Counted from the stretch's first letter, positions 16,203 through 33,151 are shown. The stretch: DNA of 64,000 bases from the human T2T-CHM13v2.0 reference genome, Homo sapiens (GCF_009914755.1 NC_060928.1), one strand, 5' to 3'. A program made the numbers and translations. The notes: generated from the sequence alone by a model not told the origin.

Positions 16203-16722
16203 TTGGGGAGATAATAATTTTCAAGGGATCTCTGGTATTTCTACACGTCTTGTAGGTGAAGCATTAACTATCTGTTTCTCCAGACAATTATCTGTTTCTC
16301 CATTAACTATCTGTTTCTCCAATCTTTTCAAGGATCCATAGCCTCAGGAGATAACAAAGAGTGTTTCCCTCCAGAGCAAAGGGCACGTTTTCTTGCAGTT
16401 GGGAAAAACACGTTTATTGTCTGTCTCTGGAGCAAAGAACAGGCATGGTTTTTTTTTTCCCCCATTAGAAAATATTTGCTTTTCCTAAGTTCAAGTTTCC
16501 TCTCCTTTTAATGCAACTCACTGTATATGCAGGTGTCAGCTGGCCTCTTCACATCACCATAGGAATTGAGTCTCAGGGAATCAGCACAAAATGTTGATAT
16601 TCCAGCTACTGCTATTGACATAAGTAATAAAATCCTCCTTCACCTTTGAAACAGAAGTCTCATGTCTTCTACTAGCACCCATAAAACGCTGAGTAGCTCA
16701 CTCAGACACTGCAAAGTTCTTT
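16203..16722 (+). mobile_element. LTR40-like solo ERVL LTR
   Basis: tggggagataat...tttctacacgtcttg...atcttttcaaggat...ccctccagagcaaagggca...gctactgctattgacataagtaataaaatcc...agtctcatgtcttctactagcacccataaaac matches the recalled LTR40 consensus. Confidence 0.75.
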
Positions 16723-17725
16723 CCACTTTTAGCATAATAATAATAATTGTTACAATCATACCACTATAAAATATCTTTAGATGTTGGAATATAGATTTTT
16801 AAAAAGTCTTTATATGTTAGAAGTTTTTGGAACATTATTAATTTCTGGATATGTTTCCTTAAATTTATCTCTATATATAAGCCTAGGAAAGGACACTTTA
16901 CAAGTTACTTTGCAATTATTTTGTTGTAGGCTGCTGTAGTCCTGATGCCTTGTATTAAACATCCAGTGACATTTACTACTAGGTCACTACATGTCATTAT
17001 AGATTGGGAAACATGACAAAAAAGTTTCACACACAGGATGTAAATAAAACATATTTTTAACAATATATCAAAAAATAACATCCAAAACATTTTATTGTAA
17101 ATCCTCCCTGCCTTTAGGTCTCCAAAAATTATTTATAGTACATCACATGCCCTTCACCCAGTAGAGCAAGAGCAGAGTGCAGGCTAAGGTTTATGTCAAT
17201 TTGAAAAGGCTATTGACTTTGTTGGCCTGTTAGAAGATAAATAGTCAAAAGTAATGCAAAGAAATGACCCTGGCTACTTTATTTTTTAAATAAATTTTTT
17301 AAAATGTATATGTAAGCAAATTTTCTTCACATATAAATACAGTACCTGAATATTTTCAATTATAAAGGATGTTGTAGCAAATCTGGTTACTAAGTTTTGG
17401 CAAATATTGTTAAAGTTTGAATAATATGCTAGAAACTTCAATCGGATTATACAAATGCAATCTACATAGAAGTCCTACGTTCCCTAGAAGCAAGACATAA
17501 TTAAACACATTATGTGGAAACTAATACAACACTCTGATGATAAGAAAAGTCATACATCTTATTTGTGGAGCTCTTTATAATTTTCAAAACAGATTTGCAC
17601 ATTTTCATCATTTGCGTCTTATAATAACACTGATAAAACCTTATCCAGTGGTTAGAAGACCAAAGAGTCACACAACTAATCAACACTGACATTAGGACAA
17701 GCACCCAGAAATTTTGTCTCACTGT

Positions 17726-17790
17726 CTTTTCAATAGACTATGCTACGTTTTATACTATGCTTTTCAATAGACTATGCTACGATTTATACT
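17726..17790. repeat. 34-bp tandem duplication
   Basis: cttttcaatagactatgctacg(t/a)tttatact occurs twice in tandem with one mismatch. Confidence 0.9.
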
Positions 17791-17875
17791 TTCAAAGTCA
17801 TCAGGGTAATTATGTCATTCAAATATGCTCCAATCCTTTGCTTTATATAATATAAACATAATAGACCTTTGAATT

Positions 17876-17998
17876 AAGGAAGAAGAGAAAGGAAGAGGAG
17901 AAGAAGGAAGGCAAAGAAAAGGAGAAGGGGAAGGGGAACAAAGGAGAAGAAAAAGGAGGAGGAGGAGGAGGAAGGGGAAGAAAAGGTGAGAGAAGAAG
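17876..17998. repeat. Purine-rich (GA/GGA) low-complexity tract
   Basis: About 120 nt almost exclusively G/A, including (GGA)n. Confidence 0.9.
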
Positions 17999-18617
17999 AC
18001 TGATAACACAACATAAAAACAAGTTATGACACTTTATATCCAGCAAAAGCATTATATTTGTTATAGCTTTTCTCTATTGCCCTGTTAGTTACATATTTTC
18101 AATTCACCCTCTCCAATCCCTTAGAATTGACTATTTCATGGCCATATATTTTATTATTCATTGTTTGCACTATGCCTAACCTCCAGGCCAGTTATCCAGC
18201 CCCTAGGTTTCCTCTTCCCATTCATTTCTCCTCATACCAGAGTAACCTTTTCTAATTAATGCTCATGTTACTCTTCTCTAGGCCCTGTCTTTGCTGCTGA
18301 AAAACAGAGCTGAATAAAACCCAGGTTCAGGCATGGAGAGAGCTTGATGTGGTTTGCTGTCACTTAAACAGAGGTTTACAACAGTTATACATGCTATAAT
18401 CACAGTCTGAACAAACTCCTATCCAAACACCGAGAAAGAAATTATGAATTTTAGACTATGAATTAACTATTGTTAATTACTAATTATAAGATAAACAAGG
18501 TAGACATCACAGTAACAGGAACATTCTTACTGTGTTGCTAAAGATAAAAAGAATTTGCCAGATAGAAAACAAGAGTGAGTATTGTAGGCAAAGGACAGCA
18601 GCCTGAAGGAACATGGT

Positions 18618-20925
18618 TGTATTAATCTGTTCTCAGGGTGATAAAAGACATATCACAGACTAGGTAATTTATAAAGAATAGAGGCTTGATTGACACACTT
18701 CAGCATGGCTGGAGAGGCCTCAGGAAATGTATAATCATGGCGGAGGCAGAAGCAAAGACATACTTCTTCACATGGCAGCAGAAAGGAGAAGTGTGGAGCA
18801 AAGGGGGAAAAGCCACTTATAAAACCATCAGATCTTGTGTGTACTTACTGACTATCATGAGAACAGCATGAGGGTAACCACCCCCATGGTTCAGTTACCC
18901 CTGACTTGGTCCTTCCCATGACATGTAGGAATTATGGGAACTACAATTCAAGATGAGATTTGGGTGGGGACACAGCCAAATCATATTATTCTACCCCTGG
19001 CCCCTCCCAAATCTCATGTCTTCACATTTCAAAACACATTCATGCCTTTCCAACAGTCTCTAAAAGTCTTAACTCATTCCAGCATTAACTCAAAAGTCCA
19101 GGTTCAAATCTCTTCTGAGACTAAGCAAGCCCCTTTCACCTATGAGCCTGTAAAATCAAAAGCAAGTTAGTTACTTCCTAGATACAATGAAGGTACAGGC
19201 ATTGGGTAAATACACACATTCCAAATGAGAGAAATTGGTCAAAATGAAGGGACTGCAAGCCCCATGCAAGTCCAAAATCCAGCAGGACAGTCATTAAATC
19301 TTTAAGTTACAAAATGATCTCCTTTGACTCCATGTCTCACATCAAGATCACGCTGATGCAAGAGGTGGTTTCCCATGGTCTTGGGGAGCTCTGCCCCTGT
19401 GGCTTTGCAGGGTACAGCCCCCTTCTCCTGGCAGCTTTTTAAGCTGGCATTGAGTGACTGTGGTTTTTTTCAGGTGCACGGTGCAAAGTGTCGGGGGATC
19501 TACCATTCTGGGGTCTGGAGGATGGTGATCCTCTTCTCACAGTTCCACTAGGGAGCTCCAGTGGGGACTCTGTGTAGGGGTTCCAACCCCATATTTCCCT
19601 TCCACACTGCCCTACCAGAGGTTCTCCATGAAGGCTCTGCCTCTGAAGCAAACTTCTACCAGGACATCCAGGCATTTCCATACATCCTCTGAAATCTAGG
19701 GAGAGGTTTCCAAACCTCAATCCTTGTCTTCTGTGTACCCGCAGGACCAACACCATGTGTAAGCTGCCTAGGCTTGAAGCTTGCACCCCCTAAAGCAATG
19801 GTCTGAGCTGTAATTTGGCCCCTTTTAGCCACAACTGGAGCTGAAGCAGATGGGAGGCAGGGCACCAGGTCCAAGGCTGGACAGTGCAGGGGGGCCCTGG
19901 TCCCAACACAGGAAACCATTTTTTCTTCCTAGGCCTGTGATGGGAGGGGCTGCTGTGAAGGTATATGACATGCCCTGGAGACATTTTCCCCATTGTCTTG
20001 GTGATCAACATTTGGCTCCTCATTACTAATGCAAATTTCTTCAGCCAGTTTGAATTTCTCTTCAGAAAATGAGTTTCTCTTTTCTATTGCATCATCAGGC
20101 TGCAAATTTTTCAAACTTTTATGATCTGCTTCCTCTTGAATGCTTTGCCACTTAGATACCCTCAGTTAGATACCCTCAGATACCCTAAATCATCTCTCTC
20201 AAGTTCAAAGTTTCACAGATCTCCAGGGTATGGGCAAAATGCCACCAGCCTCTTTTCTAAAGCATAGCAAGAGTCACCTTTATTCCAGTTCCCAACCAGT
20301 TCCTCATCTTCATCAGAAGCCGCCTCAGCCTGGACTTCGTTGTCCATATTACTGTAAATATTTTGGTCAAAGCCATTCAACAAATCTCTAGGAAGTTTCA
20401 AACTTTCTGACATCTTTCTGTCCTCTTCTGAACACTTCAAACTGTTCCAGCCTCTGCCTGTTACCTAATTCCAAAGTTGATTCCACAATTTTGGGTATTT
20501 TTATAACAGCATCTCCCAACCCCCATGGTACCAATTTACTGTATTAGTCTCTTCTTGCACTGCTAATAAAGACATACCTGAGACCTGGTAATTTATAAAA
20601 TAAAGAGATTTAGTTAACTCACAGTTCATCATGGCTGGGGAGGCCTCAGGAAACTTACAATCAAACCCTTCCCTTGGAAGGGAAAACAAACACATCCTTC
20701 TTCATATGATGGCAAGAAGAAGTGCTGAGCAAAGGGGGGAAAACCCCTTATAAAACCATCAGATCTAGATTTCATGAGAACTCACTCAGTATCATGAGAG
20801 CAGCACTGGGCTAACTGTTCCCATGATTCAATTACCCCTGACAGGGTCTCTCCCACGACACAGGGGGATTATGGGAACTACAATTCAAGATGAGATTTGG
20901 GTTGGGACAGAGCAAAACCATATCA
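18618..20925 (-). mobile_element. Full-length THE1 (MaLR; THE1C/D-like): LTR-int-LTR
   Basis: LTRs at 18618-18988 and 20540-20925 with outer TG...CA termini; about 1.55-kb MaLR internal region; perfect 5-bp TSD atggt at 18613-18617 and 20926-20930. Confidence 0.95.
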
Positions 20926-20964
20926 ATGGTGTATCCAAAGTACATGGATGCAAATGTGTAATAG

Positions 20965-21200
20965 AATAATAATTATAGCAAACACCTAATAGTGATTACT
21001 GACACTGATGTAAGCATTTTACCTGTATCAACTCATTCAATCCATACAACTATTCTGTCAGATACATAACATTATCAGCATTTCCAAGATGAGAAAACAG
21101 ACTCTAAAAGGGTAAATAAGTTGTCCAAGGTCACACAGCTAGAAGTGTCAGAGCCAGGACTGGAACACTGGCAACCTGATTCTAGAATCCTGGCCCTTAA
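20965..21200 (-). mobile_element. MIR
   Basis: gatgagaaaacagactc...aagttgtccaaggtcacacagctagaagtgtcagagccaggactggaac. Confidence 0.8.
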
Positions 21201-21711
21201 TGGCCAGGCTATAAGGTGACCTGACGGACAGTAGTAAGGATTTGGCATAATGTGTGAAAGATTCAAGGATTTAACCACAAAAGTGAGAATCAGCTTGTTT
21301 TAAAAAAAGGTAATTCTGGCAAGGGTATCGATAACAGATTTGGGAAGAAGTCTTATTAGGTGGCCACAGACAAATAATGATAAGGGCCTGATGGAATTCA
21401 GTTTTGCAGGAATGGGGCAGAGGGGACACATTTTATATATATTTAGAAAATAAAACCACTATCATTTGAGCAACAAATGTATATGTAAAATCAGCAAAGA
21501 AAAGAATCAAAACTAGTTTCCCAGTTCTGAGATGCATGACAATATAAATGTGGCACCCTTTTAAGAATCATGAAAAGGGATTCAGTCAGTTATTTGGGGC
21601 AGTATAAATGTTGAGGCATCAGTGGATGTTCACATGGAAATTTTCAGTGCTCAGAGATCAGGCACTCTGTTTATTATGTAGGTCAGGAAATTTGAAAATT
21701 ATTTTCATGGG

Positions 21712-22380
<669 letters not shown>

Positions 22381-22459
22381 ATGGGGATGTTTTCTTGCTT
22401 TAAGGACTTGAACCCTGCAAGTCAAAACTATGTCTATCCATGTCTTGGCAGTGTGGTGA

Positions 22460-23180
22460 GACTACAATATGAGGAGAAAGAGCAAAGTCTCTGGAGCCAG
22501 ACTTTTCTTAAGATGGAAGTTAAGCTGTGTTACTTAGTAGTTTCCTCAAATCTTAGAGTTAATCTGAGAAAAACACAACCTGCAAATCAATAGACTAGGG
22601 TTTGAAACCCAGGAACATCAAATATAGCTGTTGCTTAATATTTTTGTTTCAGCTTCCTCTACTACAAAATGGAAATGATAATATATACCTGCATTTGTTG
22701 ATTAGATGAACTAAGACATATTAAAATGTTAGTCCACTTCTGGTATATGTTAATGACTCATACCTATTAGCCAATAATTACAGTCATGGTAATATACAAA
22801 ATTTGTTGTGAGTACAGTCAGTAAATTGCCCTATCACTAACAATAGTGTAGATTAAAATGCAATAAAAATATATGTATGCAGATTCCCTCTGTCTGGAGA
22901 GTTTTCTCCTCCTCTATCACTCAGATCTTATGCAACATTCCAAGAACAGTTGCAATGAAATATCTACAAGTCCTAACTAGGACAGAAGAGAAAGCCCATC
23001 ATTCTGTAGCTCCAGAGCAATTGTAGAGCACTTCTGTTACAGTGGAATAACTTATCATTAGACATGATCTTAAAAGGATCTTCTAATCTATTTTGAACTG
23101 CAAATATGTAAGGATAGTGCCTTATTCATATTTGATTCTCTAACAACACCAATGACAGTGCTCAGTAAATGTTAACCTGC
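22460..23180 (+). mobile_element. MIR and L2 fragments
   Basis: ctctggagccagact...tttgtttcagcttcctctactacaaaatggaaatgataata (MIR); gtgccttattcatatttgattctc...gtgctcagtaaatgtt (L2 tail). Confidence 0.55.
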
Positions 23181-24029
23181 ACAGGTTGAATTCCTCGGAC
23201 ATAACCAGCTGCTCTAACTTAGTCATACTGAGAAAATTGCTCACAACTTATTAGAAACAATAGAAATATTGCAGTAGCTTGATTTAGAACACCAAAGCAG
23301 ATGTGTAAACAAGTCTCAGAATCTGCTAGCATGGGCATGTGAGGATATTTATTTTTTTAATTCATGCATTTTCATAGAGAAAAATTAAGGCATCCCTTTG
23401 TTTATATCCATGTGACAGAAACAAATGCCTTTTGTTTTGCTCAATTGTCAACATATTGTTCTTTTTCAAGTCTGCATTTATTATTAAACCAGCCCAAGGA
23501 AATAACAAGTAAACGCCAGCTTTTCAGGTATAAACACTTAGAAAATCTAGAATGTTAATTAGCTGTTATCTTGGCGGTTCATGTCATACATCTATAGAAA
23601 ACAAAAAGCTGATATGCATTATATTTTATATACTTATTAAAAGCTTGTACATGTAAAAGAGTACTTATCGAACTAATATTTAAGGAAATAAATTAAATGT
23701 ATCATTTTGTTATGCAGTCATCCAGTATCTATGTTTCATAATATTTTTTGCTTCCTTTTATTAAAAAAATCAACTATAAATAAAAGTTAGCATTACAATC
23801 CATTTAGGTGGCCAGCCTTGGCTCTATTTCTTCTTCCTTAACAGAAGCATTCATTAAAATTTTTAACTTACACACATATCAGTAAACACAAACACATACA
23901 TATTCAATAAATATTAGTTCTTATTATAATTTATGTTTAATTTCATAAACATAGCATTCATCAAGTTTGATTTTTTAAATTTAACATTGGTTTTGGTCTA
24001 CTAGAAGAAAAGAACTATGTTCTTTTTAA

Positions 24030-24500
24030 CTGACATATAATATTCTCTAACATGAATCTGTTGCAATTTGTTTACCCATACTAACAGATGTTTAGGACTT
24101 TATTTTTTTAATTAGTTCAGAGACAATGCTGCAATCAGCATCCCTTTATAGGTTTCCTTCAGCAAATACGTAAGAGTTCCTCCCAATTATCTATGAAAAA
24201 GAGAAATTACCAGGACACAGGAAATGTGTATTTTCAAATGGATAGAGCCAAATTTCTCTTCAAAGTAGCTCTAATTAGACTACCTTTAGCCATGAATAAC
24301 AGTTTCTATGTTCCCACATATTGCCATTATATGCTATTGTCAGACTTAAAAACTTTGGCAATCTGAGGATATTATCGATGGTACTTTATTGTTGTTATAA
24401 TTTTAACTGCCCTGTTTATTCTTAAGGGTGGGTATGTTTTTCTATGTTTACTGGCCTCTTGGATTTTCCTTCTGTGAATTGGCTGCACATTATGCTTTTT
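24030..24500 (-). mobile_element. Old L1ME fragment
   Basis: gacaatgctgcaatcagcatcc...ttcccacatattgcc...gatggtactttattgttgtt...tgtttactggcctcttggattttccttctgtgaatt. Confidence 0.55.
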
Positions 24501-25388
24501 TTCAATTGTGTAGTAACGATGATAGTTCTGGTGGTAAAACACTAATTTTCTTCCACGCAACAGCTGCCCACAATTGTCCTAGGAGATTTGGCTTTGCAGT
24601 CAAAAAAAAAAAAAAAAAAAAGGAAAAGTAAACAAAAAAGTATGTAGTAAGAGCAATTTCTAAGCTATGCTTTATATTGCTTTTCCATTGTTAGAACCAA
24701 TATACACATAAACTATAGAAGACTTACCTACAATTACAGAATGGAATAATGAGAATATACATGCAGATGAAAGAAAATAAAAGTCCTAAGGCTGGGAGGT
24801 TCAAATAGATACAGGTGAGCTACTGTCCTCATCTCACACAGAGAAGATTCCTGACATACCATGTATTGTTAATGGACTAGAACTGTAGGTTTAAGCATAC
24901 TATTTGAATTTGCAGAGTTAAACAGTAGAGGAAGTGAATATAATTTGATTTGGTGTGTAACAGGAGAGTGAGAGAGCATATGTGGGAAATCTTTTTCCAT
25001 TATAACAGAAATTCAGTAGAAAAACATCAAAAAGTAATAATTAAAATAGCATACACATATTTTTGTGTATGGATATGGAGATGTGGTAGACTGAAATAGA
25101 GACCTATTTTTTTCATTCTATATATTGTTGGATATCTTATGCATATGCATATATTACTTTATTTTTTTAAATGCAGCATGAAAGAAAATACAGAAAACAA
25201 CAGAGTTGTCACATATCAGCAAATTGAATGGATAAAGTTATTATCTATTTCATGACCAAGTAGGATATATTGCAACAATGCAAGTTGGTTTATATATTAA
25301 AATTAAGGTAACTTAACATATTGAATAAACAATCAAGAAAACCATATGATAAACTCAATACCCTTAGCAAAAGATTTTGGCAAATTTT

Positions 25389-27722
<2,334 letters not shown>

Positions 27723-27829
27723 TTAACACCTATTTTTGACAAAAAGCTTCCAGCAAACTGGAAACAAAAGAAATTTCTCAGCCTTACAAAGAATAACTGC
27801 AAAAACACATATCAACATTTAAAAAAGAA

Positions 27830-29400
27830 ACTGTTTTTAGAGTAGTTTCATGTTCATAACAAAATTGAGCAGAAGGTACAGAGGTTTCATATATATTCCT
27901 GGCCGTCACATATGCCCAGTCTTCCCCACTATCAACAATCCCAACCAAAGTGGTACATTTGTTACAACTGAACTTACATATTATTCTTAACCAGAGTCTA
28001 CAGTTTACATTAGGGTTTATACTTTGTATTGTACATTCTGTGGGTTTGGACAAATCTATAATGATATACGTTCATCATTACAGCACCATGAAGGATAATT
28101 TTACTGCTCTAAAATTCCTCTGTTCTCCATCTATTGAATCCTCCCTCTCCTTTAATGTCTATCAATCTCTGATCCTTTTACTGTCTCTGTAGTTTTCCTT
28201 TTTGAAAATATTATACAGATGCAAAGATACTGTATGTAGCCTTTTCAGATTGACTTCTTTCACTTAGTAATACACATTTAAGTTCCTCCACATTTTTTCA
28301 AGGCTTGATAGATTACTTCTTTTTAGAACTGAATAATATTCCATTGTCTGGATGCACCATAGTCTATTTATCCATTCACTTACGGAAGGACATTTTAGAT
28401 GCTTTCAAATTATGTCAATTAGCAATAAATCTGCGATAAATAACCATGTGCAGGCTTTTGTGTGGTTATGTTTTCAATTCATTCCCATAAATACCAAGGA
28501 GCACAATTGCTGGATGCTTTAGTAAGAGTATATTTAGTCTTACAGGAAACTGCCAAACTGTCTTCCACAGTGGATGCATCATTTTACATTCACATCATTA
28601 ATAAATGAGAGTTTCTACTGCTCTACCTCCTTGCCAGAATTTGGTATTGTCAGTATTTTAAGTTTTAACCATCTTAATATGTGTGTAGTGGTATCATTGC
28701 TTTATTAATTTGCAAATTTCTACTGACATATGATATTCAGAATTTTTAAATATTTTTATTTGCCATTTATGTATTTTTTGTGAGCTGTCTCTTCAGGTCC
28801 TTGACCACTTTGATGCTAGGGTATTTCTTTCCCTGCTGTTGAATTTTGAGTTACTTTTATGTTCTGAATAACACTCCCTTGTCAGACATGCATTTTGTAA
28901 CTGTTTCCCCATAGTCTGTGGCTTGTTTTTTCATTCTCTTGACAATGTCCTTCACACAAGTTTTTTCTTTTTTTAATTTTAATGAAGTCCAACTTACCAA
29001 TGTTTTTCTTTTATGTATTGTCTTTGGTGTTGTAGTTAACAGATATCATCACACCCAAGATTAGAGTTTCTCCTGTGTTGTTTTCTAGGAGTTTCATAGT
29101 TTTGCATTTCACATTTGGGCCTGTGATTCATTTTGAGTTAATTTTTGTGAAGGGTATAAGTTCTGTGTTTAAATTCATGGTGTTACATGTGGTTACCTAG
29201 TTGTTCCAGTAGCATTGGTTGAAAAGACTATCTTTGCTTCATTGTATTGTCCTTGCTTCTTTGTCAATCTGTTTAATGTATTTAGGTGGGTCTATTTTGG
29301 GGCTCTCTATTCAGTTCCAATGATCTATTTATCTATTATTTCACCAAAACCATACTGTCTTGACTACTGAAGCTGTATAGTACATCTTGAAGTTAGGTAG
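27830..29400 (-). mobile_element. L1MC-type 3' end and ORF2 tail
   Basis: ttttagagtagtttcatgttcataacaaaattgagcagaaggtacagag is an antisense L1MC1/2-like 3' terminus; ORF2-like antisense sequence continues to about 29400. Confidence 0.8.
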
Positions 29401-30108
29401 GTAAAGTTAATCTTAATTAAAAAAAATGTCAAAACTAGCATCAGAGACCAGTCATAAGTCTTCCCTTTGTTGCATTTTGGCTAAGCAAGGGGTCACCTTC
29501 TTATAATGGCCAAATATTATTTTATTGCTCATGCAAAATTATAAGATGGCCCTACATAGGTCTTCGTGAATGAAATATATGGATAGTTCTGAGAAAGTGT
29601 CTGGTTTGGATGTGTATTAAACTATAAAGAGAGTGTTTGGAAAGGATTACATTGAATGAGTCATTTTGGGAAGTAAGGCCAGAAAGTGAGTTGCTCTCAT
29701 ACCTTTGCCATGTGACTTTTATGGATCCAACAACAATGCCTGATTTGCAGAAACCTGGAATTCTAGGGTAGGAACTTTCATATACTAAACACAGTGAACA
29801 TTTTGAACTTGCTGACATTACTTTCCTGAGCTTCATTTCTCCTGTCCCTATTTGCTTTTAAAAAATAAAAAGAATAATCTTTGTGGCAATTAAGTGAGGT
29901 ATCGTAAGAGAAAAGTGTTCCACAAATGATAAAATCTTATACACCTAGAGAGTGACAAAGTAAATTCTTCTGAATCGTACTAAATGATCAAAATCATTAA
30001 AGTCAATTTTCATATCCCAGTCCTCTTGAATGAACATATTCTTTGAAATAAATAAGTATAATTTAGTAGCCCATGTGATATTTCAACCAAGGATTATGAA
30101 GTAAGTGT

Positions 30109-32439
30109 TGATAAGGTTTGGTTCTCTGTTCCCACTCAAATCTCATCTTGAATTGTATCTCCACATCTTGAGGGAGGGACCTGGTCAGAGGTGATTGGGT
30201 CACAGTGGCAGATTTCCCCTTGCTGTTCCCATGATAGAGATTGAGTTCTCATGAGATCTGGTTGTTTGATAAGTGTCTGGTGCTTCCCACTTCTCTCTCT
30301 CCCTCTCTCTCACCACCATGTAAGACATGCCTTGCTTCCCCTTCCACCATGATTATGTTTCCTAAACCCACCTCCCCCCACCATGCAGAACTGTGAGTCA
30401 ATTAAACCCTCTTTCCTTTATAAATTACCAAGTCTCAGATATTTCTTTATAGCAGTGTGAATATGAATGAATGCAGAGAATTGGTACTGGAAGGTGGGTG
30501 CTGCTATAAAGATAACCTGAAAATGTGGAAGTGACTTGGGAACTGGGTAACAGACAGAGGTTGGAACAGTTTGGAGGCTCAGAAGATGACAGGAAGATGT
30601 GGGAATGTATGGAACTTCCTAGATACTTTTTGAATGGCTTTGACCAAAATGCTGATAGTGATATGGACAATTAAGTCCAGGCTGAGGTGGTCTCTGATGG
30701 AGATGAGGAACCTATTGGGAATTAGAGCAAAAAGAGACTGAAGGCATTTTGTCCCTGCCCTAGAGAGCTGTAGAACTTTGAAATTGAGAGAGATGATTTA
30801 GAGTATCTGGCAGAAGAAATTTCTAAGCAGCAAAGCATTCAAGATGTGACTTTTATTGAAAGTGTACAGTAATATGCATTCACAAAGAGATGATTTAAAA
30901 TTGGAAAGTATGTTTAAAAGGGAAGCAGAGCATGAAAGTTTGGAAAATTTGCAGCCTGACCATGAGGTAGAAAATAAAAATCCACTTTCTGGGGAGAAAT
31001 TCAAGCTGGTTGCAGAAATTTTCATAAGTTATGAGGAGTCGAATGTTAATAGCCAAGACAATGGGGAAAATATCTCCAGGACATGCCAGAGGTGTTCATA
31101 GCAGTCCCTTGCATCACAGGCCCAGAGGCCTAGGAGACAAAATTGGCTTCATGGGCTGGGCCCAGAGCCCCACTGCTCTATACAGCACTGAGACTTGGTG
31201 CCCTATGTCCTAGCCACTCCAGCTCTAGCTGTGGCTAAAAGGGGCCAAGGTACAGCTCATGCCACTGCTTCAGAAGGTGCAATCCCCAATTTTTGGTAGC
31301 TTCCACATGGTGTTGGGCCTGTAGGTACACAGAAGACAAGAATTGAGCTTTAAGAGCCTCCGCCTAGATTTCAGAGGATGGACGGAAATTCCTGGATGTC
31401 CGGCCATAAGTCTGCTGCAGGGATGGAGCCCTCATGGAGAACCTCTACTAGGGCAGCATGGAAGGGAAATGTGGCGCTAGAGCCCCTACACAGAGTTTCC
31501 ACGGGGGCACTGCCTAGTGGAGCTGTGAGAAGAGGGCCACCATACTCCAGACCCAAGAAAAGTAGATCTACCAACAGCTTGCACTGTGTGCCTGGAAAAG
31601 CGATAGACACTCATTGCTAGCCTATGAAAGCAGCTGCAGGGGCTGTACCCTGCAGAGCCACAGTGAGGGGGAGCTGCTGAAGGCTTTGGGAGCCCACCCC
31701 TTGCATCAATATGCCCTAGATATGAGACATAGAATCAATGGAGATTTGGGAGCTTTAAGATTTAATGACTCTCCTGCCAGGTTTTAGACATGCATGGGCC
31801 CTGTGGTCCCTTTGTTTTGGCCAATTACTTCCATTTGGAATGGGAAAATTTGCCCAGTAAATGTACGCCCATTGTATCTTGGAAGGAACTAACTTGCCTT
31901 TGATTTTATAGGCTCATAGGCAGAACGGACTTGCCTTGTCTCAGATGAGACTTTGGACTTGGACTTTTGAGTTAATGCTGGAATGAGTTAAGACTTTGGG
32001 GGAATGTTGGGAAAGCATTATTGATTTTGAAATGTAAAAAGGACATGAGATTTGGGAAGCACCATGGGCTGAATAACATGGTTTTGCTCTGTGTCTCCAC
32101 CCAAATCTCATTTCTAATTGTAATCCCCAGGTGTTGAGTGAGAGACTTGGTGGGAGGTGATTAGATCTTCGGGGTGGATTTTCCTCTGCTATTCTCCTGA
32201 CAGTGAGTGAGTTCTCATGAGATCTGGTTGTTTGTTAAGTGTCTAATGCTTCCCCCTTCTCTCTCTCTCTCTCTCTCTCTCTCCTGCTGTCATGTAAGAT
32301 GTGCCTTGCTTCCCCTTCTGCTGTGATTGTAAGTTTCCTGAGGCCACCCTGGCCATGCAGATCTGGGAGTCAATTAAACCCTCTTTCCTTTATAAATTAC
32401 ACAGTCTCTGGTATTCCTTTATAACATTGTGAAAACGGA
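30109..32439 (+). mobile_element. Full-length THE1D/MST-type MaLR: LTR-int-LTR, 3' terminus clipped
   Basis: 5' LTR 30109-30475, internal 30476-32073, 3' LTR 32074-32439. The internal region is homologous to the reverse complement of 18989-20539. Confidence 0.93.
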
Positions 32440-33104
32440 TGTTTTCACAGTTGTTTTTGGCATTGCCTCTATTACGTAACAGGCCTTCACTACAATTAGT
32501 TTCTAGAGATAAAGCTCACATTTACTGTGAAAACATAAGATGGAGTTCAAGTGGAAATAGAATAAGGGAAGGTGAATTAGCAGCATTATTCCCAGCAATT
32601 TTTGCTGTTTCTATTAAAGGCTTTTCTATATACACGAGTTTATTTTTAAGTGAAAATAAACTCTTTTCATTATCATTTAAAGCTATAATTTCCTGAATGC
32701 TTCTGGTTTGTTTGGAAATGTCTGACTTGCGGCCCTAACTGACTTCAGACTGTTCACATCCAGTCAGCAGACCACCCAACCAGTAGTTGACAGTCCTTGC
32801 CAGGGTATTAACACGGTCTCTACTTGTTCTTGGCTGTGAATTTAGTTTGCTCAAACACATGTGGATTGTCACCAGGTCAGCCTGTCCATCTGCTCTGTGG
32901 CCCAAAACAAAAATTCCAAAGAAGCCAGACCAGATCACAGGCTAGATCCAAGGTTCTTGAACATATAATCTCATAGCCCTTGGAGATTACATCTAAATTT
33001 CCCCATACAACAAGGAAAAAATGTATTTTAAAACAGCTCTCACTATGCAGTCTAAAATCATGAGTCATTCTCAAGTGGACTTCAAGATTTTAGAATATAT
33101 TTAC

Positions 33105-33107
<3 letters not shown>

Positions 33108-33149
<42 letters not shown>
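33108..33149. repeat. (AT)21 microsatellite
   Basis: Uninterrupted AT run. Confidence 0.98.

Positions 33150-33151
<2 letters not shown>

Noticed and set aside
19439-20695. Overlapping ORFs in the THE1 internal regions (also 30425-31620)
   Set aside because: Broken remnants of the MaLR internal ORF with multiple stops and frameshifts.
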